A stretch of 64,000 nt of DNA. Origin: a virus. Taxonomy: Duplodnaviria; Caudoviricetes. Below, one piece after another: positions 45,838 to 55,440 of the stretch. Each line of letters opens with the position of its first letter. The stretch's first letter is position 1. A model generated the notes under the pieces. The model was given only the letters and a program-made list of their open reading frames with translations, searched no databases and had not been told where the DNA came from. Where the stretch lies: positions 32,001 to 96,000 of the IMG/VR virus record IMGVR_UViG_3300028284_000003; one strand, given 5' to 3'. The position numbers and the translations under genes were made by a program.

Positions 45838-45921
45838 TTTATAAATTTCTATTTTTTGTTTGTTTAATTTCGACTTATTATTTCGGCTTTCTGCTTCTGT
45901 CACCAAATCGTCGATTGTTTA

Positions 45922-47820
45922 TTATTTTTTAAATCTTTTTGCCATTGCTTCTGCAACACCATCTAAGTTATAAGGAAGTGTTTTAGTAGCAACCTCTTTC
46001 TTTTCAGTTACCATAGCAACTTTTTCCATTACTGGAGCAGTTTCTCTAAGGTCTCTTGTTTGCCAGAAGTTTCTTACTTGATATTCAGTCTCAACTTTGT
46101 GAGTTCTTGACTGTGCAAGTAATTGATTTTTCTTAGCTTCAGAAAGATTTTCCCATTTTGCTTTATATTCTGTTGGCATTGCTGAAAGAACTAACGGTTC
46201 GTTGTTATTTTCTTCAGTAACAGTTGTAGTGTTTTCAATAATTCTAACTATCTGAGATTCAGTTAAAAATCCTGCACCTTCTACTTCTGTTCTTACCGCT
46301 GTTCTTGCATTTTCGTTTAATGCATTATATTTTTCAGCAGTAGATGAACCAACTAGTTTAAAGAAATGTGGATCATTATTTTCCTTTGTCTTTGCAGATT
46401 CTAATAAAGATGTTAATTTATTAGAAATTTCTGATTTATAAGATTCTAAAGGATCATCAGCACCTTCTTCACCTGAATTTTCAGGAGCTTTATCATCTGC
46501 TTCTTCGCCTTCAGCTTCTCTTTTTTCATCGTTGTCAACTTCAGTGTGATCGGCTTTAATATCTTCACCTTCAACTCCTGCGTCGCCGTCTTTATCAGCA
46601 GCTTGACCTTCTTCTGAATTATTACCAACTTTTTCAAGTTCGTTATCGTCATCAGATTCACCAGCTTCTTTAGCAGTAACATCATCAGCTTCAACTACTA
46701 AATTTTCGTTAATTGATTCTGCAATATAACTAGCATATTCGCTAACATTTTGTACATTATCTTTTAAATAGTTAACATACTCTACTAATTTTTCATTAGT
46801 TTCTGTACCTTCATTATAAGATTCAGCAATATAATTGCTATAGTCTTTTAATTTAGTTACTGATTCAGCAATATGTTCAGTATAAGAAATTCCTTGATCA
46901 GTCTTTTCAGCAACATGCTCAGCATATTGAATTGATTGATCAGTTTTTTCTGCTAAATATTCTGAATACTGAATATTTTGATCAGTTTTTTCTGCAACAT
47001 ATTTAACATACTCTGTTAAATTGTTTATTGATTCAACAATATGATCGTTGTGAGCAGTTACAGTTTTAATGTCTTCATTTGTAGTAGCAGATCCTTCAGT
47101 TGAAGTTTCTGATAATTCTGTAAGAGTAGACTTTAATCCTTTTATTTGCTCAGCCAAATACTTAGTGTAATTGTTGAAGTCATCTGTTTTTACAAATTCT
47201 TCCATTGTTTGCTCTTTTTTATTTTCGTTTGTTGTTTTATTATTTATCTCTTTTTTAAATACTTCATATATAAATAAGCTTTCGTCGTTAGCAAAACCAT
47301 AAGATTCATTAACTCTATTTAATTGCGCATTTTCAAATCCTGGATCTGCAACTAAATCATAAGTAAATAATTGTTTGATTTTAACTTTACCGCCTTCTGA
47401 AACTTCTCCAGCAGCTCTAGAACTAATATGTAAAGGTACACCGGCATCAACTAATGCTTTAGCTTGTTTACCAGCATCAGTATCTAATAACCTGATTTTA
47501 CCCATTACTTTCTTGTTTTCTTGATCATACCTTAACTCTTCGACAACGTGTGATACGTTTTTAAGAGAAATGTCAAATTGTTGAGGGTGATCTAATTCAC
47601 CAAGTAATTTAGAACCTCCGATTTTATCTTGTAACGATTTAATTTGCGGAAGGTATTCATCTTCAGTATAGATTCTGTTATTTTTATTCTTAACATCGAT
47701 CTCGCCAAAAACACCCTCTAATACATAGTCTTTTGTTTCTCCTGATTGTTCTAGAACACTAGAAGATTTTTCAACTATTAATAAATTATAATCGTTAGGC
47801 TTATTTATAAGTCTATCCAT
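45922..47820 (-). CDS. prohead protease (gp21) fused to a scaffold/core-like domain
   Basis: LEGVF..KNKNNRIY, GELDHP, VSH, ISSRAAG and YDLVADPG, followed by ~440 aa of coiled-coil/acidic region with 14-aa repeats. Confidence 0.9.
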   Translation of the reverse strand: MDRLINKPNDYNLLIVEKSSSVLEQSGETKDYVLEGVFGEIDVKNKNNRIYTEDEYLPQIKSLQDKIGGSKLLGELDHPQQFDISLKNVSHVVEELRYDQENKKVMGKIRLLDTDAGKQAKALVDAGVPLHISSRAAGEVSEGGKVKIKQLFTYDLVADPGFENAQLNRVNESYGFANDESLFIYEVFKKEINNKTTNENKKEQTMEEFVKTDDFNNYTKYLAEQIKGLKSTLTELSETSTEGSATTNEDIKTVTAHNDHIVESINNLTEYVKYVAEKTDQNIQYSEYLAEKTDQSIQYAEHVAEKTDQGISYTEHIAESVTKLKDYSNYIAESYNEGTETNEKLVEYVNYLKDNVQNVSEYASYIAESINENLVVEADDVTAKEAGESDDDNELEKVGNNSEEGQAADKDGDAGVEGEDIKADHTEVDNDEKREAEGEEADDKAPENSGEEGADDPLESYKSEISNKLTSLLESAKTKENNDPHFFKLVGSSTAEKYNALNENARTAVRTEVEGAGFLTESQIVRIIENTTTVTEENNNEPLVLSAMPTEYKAKWENLSEAKKNQLLAQSRTHKVETEYQVRNFWQTRDLRETAPVMEKVAMVTEKKEVATKTLPYNLDGVAEAMAKRFKK

Positions 47821-47868
47821 TTTGTTTTTTTTCTTTTTTGTATATATCTTTAACTTAAAGTCTTTTTC

Positions 47869-48204
47869 TTAAACATCCATCCCGAGTGGATCTTCACCAC
47901 CTGCACCTTCTTTCTCTTCTTCTTTCTCTTCTTCTGCTTTTTCTTTATAATAATCTTGGTATGCAGTTAACATTTGTCCCATTGTTTCTGTATCAAACTT
48001 ATTTGAACCATATTTATCATAAAAATACGCTTTAAATGCATCTTCAGTATCTGCGCTTAGTATTTGACCTAAAATCTCTTGAGCTGAAATAACTTTACCA
48101 TCTGCTGTTTTTTGATCACTAACCTCTACTTTACTATCGTCACCTGCTTTAATAGATGTTAACTGAGCTTCAGTTATAAATTGATTGAATGTTTTAATTT
48201 TCAT
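47869..48204 (-). CDS. small prohead core-like protein
   Basis: between portal and protease; leader MKIKTFNQFITEA; acidic tail. Confidence 0.6.
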   Translation of the reverse strand: MKIKTFNQFITEAQLTSIKAGDDSKVEVSDQKTADGKVISAQEILGQILSADTEDAFKAYFYDKYGSNKFDTETMGQMLTAYQDYYKEKAEEEKEEEKEGAGGEDPLGMDV

Positions 48205-48220
48205 AGTTTATATATCATTT

Positions 48221-49819
48221 TTACATGGCCATTGGATCCTCTGGTTCAGGAGCCTCGGCATCTTGTTTTTCAGCCTTTTTCTTAGCTGCTGCATTTGCTG
48301 CAATATCGTCTGGGCTTAATTGTAAATATCTATCAACTAAAAATGCCATATCGAAGTAGTATTCTTCCTCCATTGTTTCTTGATTAGTTGTCATTAAACT
48401 ATCTCTCATTGTAGAAACAAATTCTAATCTTCTTTCCATTATTTCCATTTCCTTTAATGCTGCAAAGTCATTATCTCTATTATATCTTAATGCTACTTGT
48501 GTTTTAAAACCAGGATCTTCAGCAAGATCTTTATATGCAATACACATTTGTAAATAAAGTGGCTTCACTAATATTTCTTGGAAAGCTGCTCTTAGTCTCT
48601 TTACAAACTTGCTAAATTTAATTTCATCTCTAATCATTCCATCAGCGGCAAGATTAAAATCTCCACCACCATCTTCATATAAAAATCTAGAATAAGGTAT
48701 TTTAGAAACATGTTTAAGTTTATCTGAAAAATATTTAAGTGCTTCTGTATCTGAAAGATCTGGACCTGATGCATCTAATGTTTCAATCTCAGGACTGTCA
48801 CCGTCTTTACTTGGTAACCAATATTCTTTATTAAATTGTAGCATGGGTTTACCATCGGTTGTCAAAGAACCAGACTCCCAATCAAAATCAACTACTTCTT
48901 TATATGAATTCATTAATTGTGCAAGTGATTGTTTTGCTCTTGTTTTAGATTTACCACCGACTGGTATAACAAATTTCATTCTATAAGAACTATTAGTCAC
49001 TGCCCAAATAATTCTCGTATGTTCCATAATTCTTAATAAGTTAAAAGATCTAATAAGTCTTTCAACATAACTAACTCTACCTGCTGTAGTTATAGAAGAA
49101 TAAGAAAGGTAAATAATTTGAGAATCATATAATTTTCTTTCTTTTACTGGATCGTCTTTAAATTGTACCCATACCTTTTTACCATCTTCTTTATTATAAC
49201 CTGGGACTAATGTAATTGGATCTAATTCTTTAAAACCAATAATTTCCTTTTGGTCAGGTGAGTAAATAATTTCAAATGCTAAATAACCATCAATTAGCCA
49301 TTTTCTAAAATAATACCAAGCAGATTGATCTGAGTTAAATCCAAATGCATGGTATATTTGTCTAAAATATCTGTTTAAATCTTTTTGAATACCATCGGCG
49401 ACTTCAACTCCTAAGATTTCAGGAGAAGCGAAAAAGTTTTTATTATCATATACTATAGTTTCGTCACATAGTATATCTAAAATGTCTTCAATCTCGTCAT
49501 TTACTGAAAAACCTCTAAGTTCATCTCTTTTTACTTCATATCGTTGATCGAAAAAAGGAACATTCTTTCGCATTGTAGTATCAGCCATTGACAGTGCAGC
49601 AAATGCAGCATACATGTCATCATTGTCTAATCCCATTGGATTCATTTGGCCATAGCCAAACTTATCTTCTAATGGACCAACTGCCTGAGACTGTCTAAGT
49701 ATCATGTCATCATATCTCATACCGAATGATGAAAGTAACTTTAATGTATTGTTTAACCTAAAAGGTCTTTTATTACTTAGTGGACCATTTCTTGGATCCT
49801 TATCTGCAAAACCTGCCAT
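48221..49819 (-). CDS. portal protein (gp20)
   Basis: FRKWLIDG, SYVERL..N.L...E...IIWAV, EYWLP..G..PEIETL, KIPYSR, RDEIKF.KF..RLR. Confidence 0.95.
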   Translation of the reverse strand: MAGFADKDPRNGPLSNKRPFRLNNTLKLLSSFGMRYDDMILRQSQAVGPLEDKFGYGQMNPMGLDNDDMYAAFAALSMADTTMRKNVPFFDQRYEVKRDELRGFSVNDEIEDILDILCDETIVYDNKNFFASPEILGVEVADGIQKDLNRYFRQIYHAFGFNSDQSAWYYFRKWLIDGYLAFEIIYSPDQKEIIGFKELDPITLVPGYNKEDGKKVWVQFKDDPVKERKLYDSQIIYLSYSSITTAGRVSYVERLIRSFNLLRIMEHTRIIWAVTNSSYRMKFVIPVGGKSKTRAKQSLAQLMNSYKEVVDFDWESGSLTTDGKPMLQFNKEYWLPSKDGDSPEIETLDASGPDLSDTEALKYFSDKLKHVSKIPYSRFLYEDGGGDFNLAADGMIRDEIKFSKFVKRLRAAFQEILVKPLYLQMCIAYKDLAEDPGFKTQVALRYNRDNDFAALKEMEIMERRLEFVSTMRDSLMTTNQETMEEEYYFDMAFLVDRYLQLSPDDIAANAAAKKKAEKQDAEAPEPEDPMAM

Positions 49820-49860
49820 AATTTCTTATATCGTTTATAAATTTATATATTCAATTTTTT

Positions 49861-50445
49861 TTATTTGTTTCTAAATTCATTTACTAGTTGAATATATGTT
49901 GTTCCATTTAAATCTGCAAAGTCACAAAGTACTATCTTTGCCCAATTTTCATAACTAACAACCGCTTGTCCAATTTTTCTATTTGGTATGTATTGTCTAA
50001 TTGCAAATTTATAATTTGCTAAAAACTCTTTTGCACCTTCCCAACTAATTGAAAGTTGATTTTGTCGACGAGCATCGTTTTTCTTGCCGCCTACTGATTC
50101 TCTTTTTATTTCACTTTCAAACGCATTGTAAACTCTATCTAATAATCTTTCTTTAACATTGCTTGGAAGAAGATTTAAGTTAATACCGACATCGTTATTT
50201 CCATCAGGATCAAGGGCCAATACAACTGGATTTGCATCATACCATGGTAATTCAGTTGCATATTTAGGATTATATCTAAACACATACACTTTACCTGACT
50301 GAAACCTACCTCCAGTGGTTTGTACACTTTTTTCAGCTGCTGTTTTCTTTCCACTATCATACCAACTTTCTGCAGCTCTTTTAGCTCTAGTCCTACCGCC
50401 TGATTCTTTAATTAATTCCTTTATGTCTTGTCTAACTCTTGCCAT
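49861..50445 (-). CDS. DNA end protector (gp2-like)
   Basis: GKVYVFRYNPKY...LPWYD..P.V....GINLNLLP. Confidence 0.8.
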   Translation of the reverse strand: MARVRQDIKELIKESGGRTRAKRAAESWYDSGKKTAAEKSVQTTGGRFQSGKVYVFRYNPKYATELPWYDANPVVLALDPDGNNDVGINLNLLPSNVKERLLDRVYNAFESEIKRESVGGKKNDARRQNQLSISWEGAKEFLANYKFAIRQYIPNRKIGQAVVSYENWAKIVLCDFADLNGTTYIQLVNEFRNK

Positions 50446-50918
50446 TATTTAAGACTCTTTTCTGTCATTACAACAAATCTAAATCCTCTTGACTTAGACC
50501 ATTCCTGTGCATATTTATATTTATCTCTATTTTTAACATACTGTTCTGCAAGGAATTTATAATTTTTTAATGCCTGTTTTGAATTTTTAGTAGGTGGTTC
50601 TGGCTTTACTATATGACTTTCAGGTTTAATCTCAATGAGACTTTCTTCAAAGCCAGTTTCTTTCTTTACCTTTATATAAAAATCTGGATAGTATGAATGT
50701 TCCCTTTTATCCATTGAACTCCAGTATTTTATTTCAACTGGCTCGCTTGACCATAGTACAATATCCTCTCTATTATCACACATCTTCATAAACTTAAGTT
50801 CCCATGAACTTCGATAAATTATAGGTGGATTTCCAGCATATTTTTGTGGATATACTGGATTATAGTAGCCTTGATTAAAGCCAGAGTTTTTAGTTGGTCT
50901 TACGTTTTTTATTGACAT
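50445..50918 (-). CDS. head completion nuclease (gp4-like, TnsA fold)
   Basis: YRSSWE..FM..CD....WSSE, YYPDF, IEIKP. Confidence 0.9.
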   Translation of the reverse strand: MSIKNVRPTKNSGFNQGYYNPVYPQKYAGNPPIIYRSSWELKFMKMCDNREDIVLWSSEPVEIKYWSSMDKREHSYYPDFYIKVKKETGFEESLIEIKPESHIVKPEPPTKNSKQALKNYKFLAEQYVKNRDKYKYAQEWSKSRGFRFVVMTEKSLK

Positions 50919-50920
50919 TA

Positions 50921-51304
50921 TTAGATATTAAACATTCCGCCGCCACCGTCTTCTCTTGAGTTTGCAGAATTTATTCTATCCATTGAGATAGTTCCCTTTG
51001 TTTTATTTGGGTGAAGTTTATTCCAACCCTTTGCGTAACCTCTCTTTGCTATCTCGGTAAAATATGCAAATGCGTTTGTATATTTAGGGTTAAAGTTTCT
51101 CCAATATTTTAATAAATCTAATAGAGCGAATTGCAAACAATCTTTTCTATCATCTTCATTTACATAAGTTAATCTATTAATTGCTTTTTCAGCAAGTAAC
51201 TGTAACATTTTCTCTGCATCTCTTGTTAATCTATCATCATCCAATGATTGTACAATTTGTGCATATAAGTCTTTATTGTTTAAATAATTCTTTTTTCTTG
51301 GCAT
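50921..51304 (-). CDS. late-transcription sigma factor (gp55-like)
   Basis: NYLNNKDL, NFNP..NAFAYFTEI. Confidence 0.8.
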   Translation of the reverse strand: MPRKKNYLNNKDLYAQIVQSLDDDRLTRDAEKMLQLLAEKAINRLTYVNEDDRKDCLQFALLDLLKYWRNFNPKYTNAFAYFTEIAKRGYAKGWNKLHPNKTKGTISMDRINSANSREDGGGGMFNI

Positions 51305-51322
51305 CTTTTAAATTTATAAATA

Positions 51323-51364
51323 TTATATAAAAAAAAGATCAATTGTTTCCAATTGATCTTTTTC
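51323..51364 (-). promoter_or_regulatory. middle promoter overlapping an intrinsic terminator, upstream of the gp55-like gene
   Basis: AAGATCAATTG-GAAA-CAATTGATCTT-T run; GAAAC-N16-ATATAA at 51323-51348. Confidence 0.75.
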
Positions 51365-51422
51365 TACTGTATTTGAGTTAAATGAGAGATTTGTAGTTTA
51401 ACTTCAAATTTTATTTAATTTT

Positions 51423-52871
51423 TTATACTGTTTCGCCATCAGCTAGTTCAACGTCTCTTTTATTTACTTTAATTGGTTTTTCATCAGCAAATACTGTAAT
51501 TGATTCATCTTGACCAGATGTTGTATAAGCTTCAGCGTCAATTTGAACCTCTGTGCCTTCTGCATATTCTTCAGTTTTGTATTTAAGAGTTCCTGGTACA
51601 TAACCATCTTGTCTAGATACAACTTCTTCTTCAATCTCAGCTTCATTAGTAGCTTCATCTATAGAAGCTTCTAATTCTTCTTGATCTTCTTCAGATTTTT
51701 TAGGTTCTGATAAATCATTTAAATTAGATTCAATATCAGCTGCAACATCTTCTGCTATTTGTAATAATTCTTCAAATGATTTTTTATCTTCTTTAACTAC
51801 TTCTTTAGCACCTTCTTCGCCTTCATCACTTGGCGCAGAATCATCTGCTTCTTCCTTTGTATCAGGCGTTGTAATATCCTTTGTGTCTTTTTTAATATCT
51901 TCAGCTTCAACTCCAGCCTCATCTCCGGCTTCTTCGTTAGTAGTTTCTTCAGTTGTAGCATCTGTTTCAGTTTCTTCAGTTGTAGCTTCAGTTTCTTCAG
52001 TTGTAGCTTCAGTTTCAGTTTCTTCAGTTGTAGCTTCAGTTTCACAAACACATCCGTCTGTTCCACATTTTCCACAACCTTCGTCTACTTTTTCAGTACC
52101 GTTTTTAATAGCTTCAACCTCTTCTTCTAATATTTTAATTTCACTGTTAATTAATGTATCAGCTTCTTTAACTTCTTGAATTGATTTATCAGCCTCAGCA
52201 ATAACTCCTCTTTGATCTTTTAAGAACGCTATCATTTGCTCTAGAATGCTGATTTTATTTAATTTTTCAGCAGCTTCTTTTCTTGCACCTTCTAAAAGTT
52301 CTTGAGTCATATCAGTTATTTCATAACCTGTTTGCTCTTTAACATAATCAAATGCAGCATTTGCATCTAATTTACCAAACTTATAAATCTTATTTGCTTC
52401 ATTCATTCTATAAACGTAGAAGTCTTCGTTTAATTTCATAACATAACACTTAACATTACCTTCTTCAATTTTTTGAGCAAAATCAAGAGATACAAAATTA
52501 TTGATGTTTTGAGCAGCATATTCAAAAAGTTGAATTTTTGCTTTGTTTGTATAATTTACAATACCTGCTGATAATAAATGATTTGTTAAACTTTCAGCTA
52601 AAACTTCGCTATTGTTAACGAAAAAGTTGTTTGATTCTCTTACGAATCTAATTCTATTAATTCCATTAAACCATGTTAAACCTTCATTAGTTAATGTAAA
52701 ATTGTTTAATGCTAAAACTAAGCTTCTAAACTCACCAGGAGCTGTAGTAATTTCTGCTTCAGTAATTGTATTTTCATTAACTAAAAATGCTTTACCGTCT
52801 AATGCGATGTAACTTTCTCCTGATTCGGTAACGAATACTGGAGAAATAATTTCTTTTGTAACTTGTGCCAT
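51423..52871 (-). CDS. acidic late protein with ATTEETE tandem repeats (probably virion/assembly)
   Basis: late motif at 52903-52911; repeats at about 51940-52045. Confidence 0.65.
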   Translation of the reverse strand: MAQVTKEIISPVFVTESGESYIALDGKAFLVNENTITEAEITTAPGEFRSLVLALNNFTLTNEGLTWFNGINRIRFVRESNNFFVNNSEVLAESLTNHLLSAGIVNYTNKAKIQLFEYAAQNINNFVSLDFAQKIEEGNVKCYVMKLNEDFYVYRMNEANKIYKFGKLDANAAFDYVKEQTGYEITDMTQELLEGARKEAAEKLNKISILEQMIAFLKDQRGVIAEADKSIQEVKEADTLINSEIKILEEEVEAIKNGTEKVDEGCGKCGTDGCVCETEATTEETETEATTEETEATTEETETDATTEETTNEEAGDEAGVEAEDIKKDTKDITTPDTKEEADDSAPSDEGEEGAKEVVKEDKKSFEELLQIAEDVAADIESNLNDLSEPKKSEEDQEELEASIDEATNEAEIEEEVVSRQDGYVPGTLKYKTEEYAEGTEVQIDAEAYTTSGQDESITVFADEKPIKVNKRDVELADGETV

Positions 52872-52902
52872 TTTTAATGTTTTTATTTATTTTATATATT
52901 AA

Positions 52903-53676
52903 TTATATATCTAAACCCTCGTCTAAAGATTCGTTAATTTGTTTTTCATCAGAATAGTTATGAGTTAGCTTAAACATTCTTTTACCAATATGCCTCTCTG
53001 TTTCAAAATCTATTGCTGGCATAAATGAATTTACCTCAACACTGAATGTTATTTTATAATTGCCCTTATCGTCAAAACTATATTCAATAGGGTTTTCTTT
53101 ACCATAATCATCTGGCATTGCATAATAGGCTGCAATTCTATATAGCCCTTCATCTAAATGTCCAACCTCTGCATTATATTGATTAGATTTATATAATTTC
53201 TTTACTAACTGTTCAGTGCATTTAAAGATGTCTAAGAGACTACTCAAGACTATTTCAATATCTAATGAAAATGTCATTGGGATCATTTCAAACTCAGCCT
53301 TATACCCCTCTAAAAGACCTTGGTCATTCATCTTACTATACTCTCCAACATTTCTCTTATTTACAAGTTTTGATGGATCAACTGTCATTGATGTAAGGTT
53401 AACAACTCCTCTTGGAATTGCATCGTAATTTCCGTCTGCTCCAATTGGATTTGGGCTACATTCAAAGCCATTTGCTGTTGAAAAAAGAAAGTTATCTTTT
53501 AAGAAATTTTCATCTCCAGTGATTGAATAGTAAAAAGGTACATCTATTTCTGAACGTGTATCGTTGTCAAGTTGTCTATAAAAACTAACCTTTTTATTTA
53601 AGTCTGCAAGCAAGCCAATAATAAGGTGTCTGATCACGGAATCATCTTTATTAAACTTCAAGTTATAGGTTGACAT
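52903..53676 (-). CDS. tail completion / sheath stabilizer (gp15-like)
   Basis: IR..II....L, VPFYY, IPRG, IP....D.EI pattern. Confidence 0.65.
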   Translation of the reverse strand: MSTYNLKFNKDDSVIRHLIIGLLADLNKKVSFYRQLDNDTRSEIDVPFYYSITGDENFLKDNFLFSTANGFECSPNPIGADGNYDAIPRGVVNLTSMTVDPSKLVNKRNVGEYSKMNDQGLLEGYKAEFEMIPMTFSLDIEIVLSSLLDIFKCTEQLVKKLYKSNQYNAEVGHLDEGLYRIAAYYAMPDDYGKENPIEYSFDDKGNYKITFSVEVNSFMPAIDFETERHIGKRMFKLTHNYSDEKQINESLDEGLDI

Positions 53677-53769
53677 CTATTTCTTTATTTTTGTTTATAT
53701 ATCTACAATTATTAAAGTGCCATTGTTTCATCGCTTTTTCTTAAATTGTATGTTGCCATTTATTATATA

Positions 53770-55440
53770 TCATTCTATTTTTTCAATAGTAAACTTTGAA
53801 AATCCATTCTCTCTATGAATCTGTATTTTCTGATCAAAGATCTCATGAGGCAATTCAGTGTGATTAATAACAAATGTATTTAGTCCATTTTCTTTAATTA
53901 CTTCATTAAGAATTTTAAGTACGTTATAGACTCCATCTTGATCGACTGAACTTAACAACTCATCTAAAAACATAAGGTTAAGTTGTGGAAACCTTAGTTT
54001 TAGTATTTTAATAATAGCAATAATAACTATAAAGTCTGCCTTCTTTCTCTCACCTGTTGAAAGTGTTAGAGGATTTATATCTTCTCCTAAATGATTAATA
54101 ATACAATCGAACTTTTCATTAAATCTAATATGAAATGGAAGGTGCATTGTCTGAGCCATCATTGCGATATTAGCATTTAATCCTGGAAGTATCGTTTGTA
54201 CTGCAAGATTCTTTACGCCATCATCTCCTAAGACTTCTTCTAAGATTGTCATAAATGCATCTTGTTGTGCTATCTCTTCTCTCTTACCTGATTTACTTTC
54301 TTCTGATTTTTCAAACTCTGCAATAATTTGCTTTAGATGTTGAAATTGAGTTGAATCTTGAGTTGATTCTTTTATTTTAATTAAAGCTTCTTTAATATCT
54401 TTAATAGAGTATCGTAGGTTATTGATTCTTATTTCAACTTGTTTTTTCTTACTTCTTAATTCACTTACTTTTCCTTCAGCTATTGTAATTTCTTCTTTTA
54501 ATTTACTTGAATTTTTAGAGTTATTTTCAATCTGTGTTTTAAATTCATCTCCTTTTTTCTGGTGCCAATCAGTATCTAACTCTGTTTCACACGAACCACA
54601 AAAACCGGATTCGTATAATTCAATTTTTTTCTGTAAGTATTGATTCTCTCGTTCAAGGTCTCGCTGCTGAATACTCATGTTACCTGCTTTATCTCTTGCT
54701 CCTTCAATTTTACTATCAATATGGCTTCTCGCCTCGTTTAATTTCTTAACATTATCTCCATGTTCTAATAGTTCATCTTTTAAGGCTTCAACCTTTGCTT
54801 TATCTTTCTTATGAGACTCTTCAACTAAGTTATTTAGTTTAAGTCTTACTGAAGAAATTGATTCCATAATCTGATTAAGTTCAGAATCATAAGAATCTAT
54901 TTCCATTTTAATTTGCTTACGTTCTTCTTTAACGTTCCTAAACATATCGTTTAAAACTGAAAAACCAAACATCTTATCAATGATTTGTTTTTTATCACTT
55001 GAATTCATAGTCAGAAAAGACTTAAAATCATTAATACTTAAAATAATAATATTCTTAAAAACATGATATGGTATTCCAAAAATCTCATCTTCTAAATATT
55101 CTTGTACAGATTTTTTACCTGCTTTATCAAACTCTACACCATTAATTAAAACCTTAAATCGATTTGGCATTAGCCCTCTTTCGATTTCAACGATCATGTC
55201 ATTACACTGTAAGTTTATTTTAACCCATAACTCTTTATTAATTCTATTTGGTAGATCAGCGAGTTTTACACCTTCAACCTTTCCATATAATGCATATATA
55301 ATACTATTGGCTATTGTGGTTTTTCCATGTCCGTTTTTACCTAATGTTAAATATAACTGTGCTTGGTCTTCAAACTCAATTGTTTGAATTTGATTACCAT
55401 AACTTGCAAAATTCTTAAATTCTATGCTATTAATTTTCAT
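53770..55440 (-). CDS. recombination endonuclease ATPase subunit (gp46/SbcC/Rad50)
   Basis: FKNFASYGN, GKNGHGKTT, CGSC zinc hook, LSTGE, LDE. Confidence 0.95.
   Translation of the reverse strand: MKINSIEFKNFASYGNQIQTIEFEDQAQLYLTLGKNGHGKTTIANSIIYALYGKVEGVKLADLPNRINKELWVKINLQCNDMIVEIERGLMPNRFKVLINGVEFDKAGKKSVQEYLEDEIFGIPYHVFKNIIILSINDFKSFLTMNSSDKKQIIDKMFGFSVLNDMFRNVKEERKQIKMEIDSYDSELNQIMESISSVRLKLNNLVEESHKKDKAKVEALKDELLEHGDNVKKLNEARSHIDSKIEGARDKAGNMSIQQRDLERENQYLQKKIELYESGFCGSCETELDTDWHQKKGDEFKTQIENNSKNSSKLKEEITIAEGKVSELRSKKKQVEIRINNLRYSIKDIKEALIKIKESTQDSTQFQHLKQIIAEFEKSEESKSGKREEIAQQDAFMTILEEVLGDDGVKNLAVQTILPGLNANIAMMAQTMHLPFHIRFNEKFDCIINHLGEDINPLTLSTGERKKADFIVIIAIIKILKLRFPQLNLMFLDELLSSVDQDGVYNVLKILNEVIKENGLNTFVINHTELPHEIFDQKIQIHRENGFSKFTIEKIE

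Noticed and set aside
45838..45906. GTG start extending the MCP to 500 aa
   Set aside because: ATG at 45837 (MANLINEA) has the A-rich context seen at other starts; the extension looks like UTR
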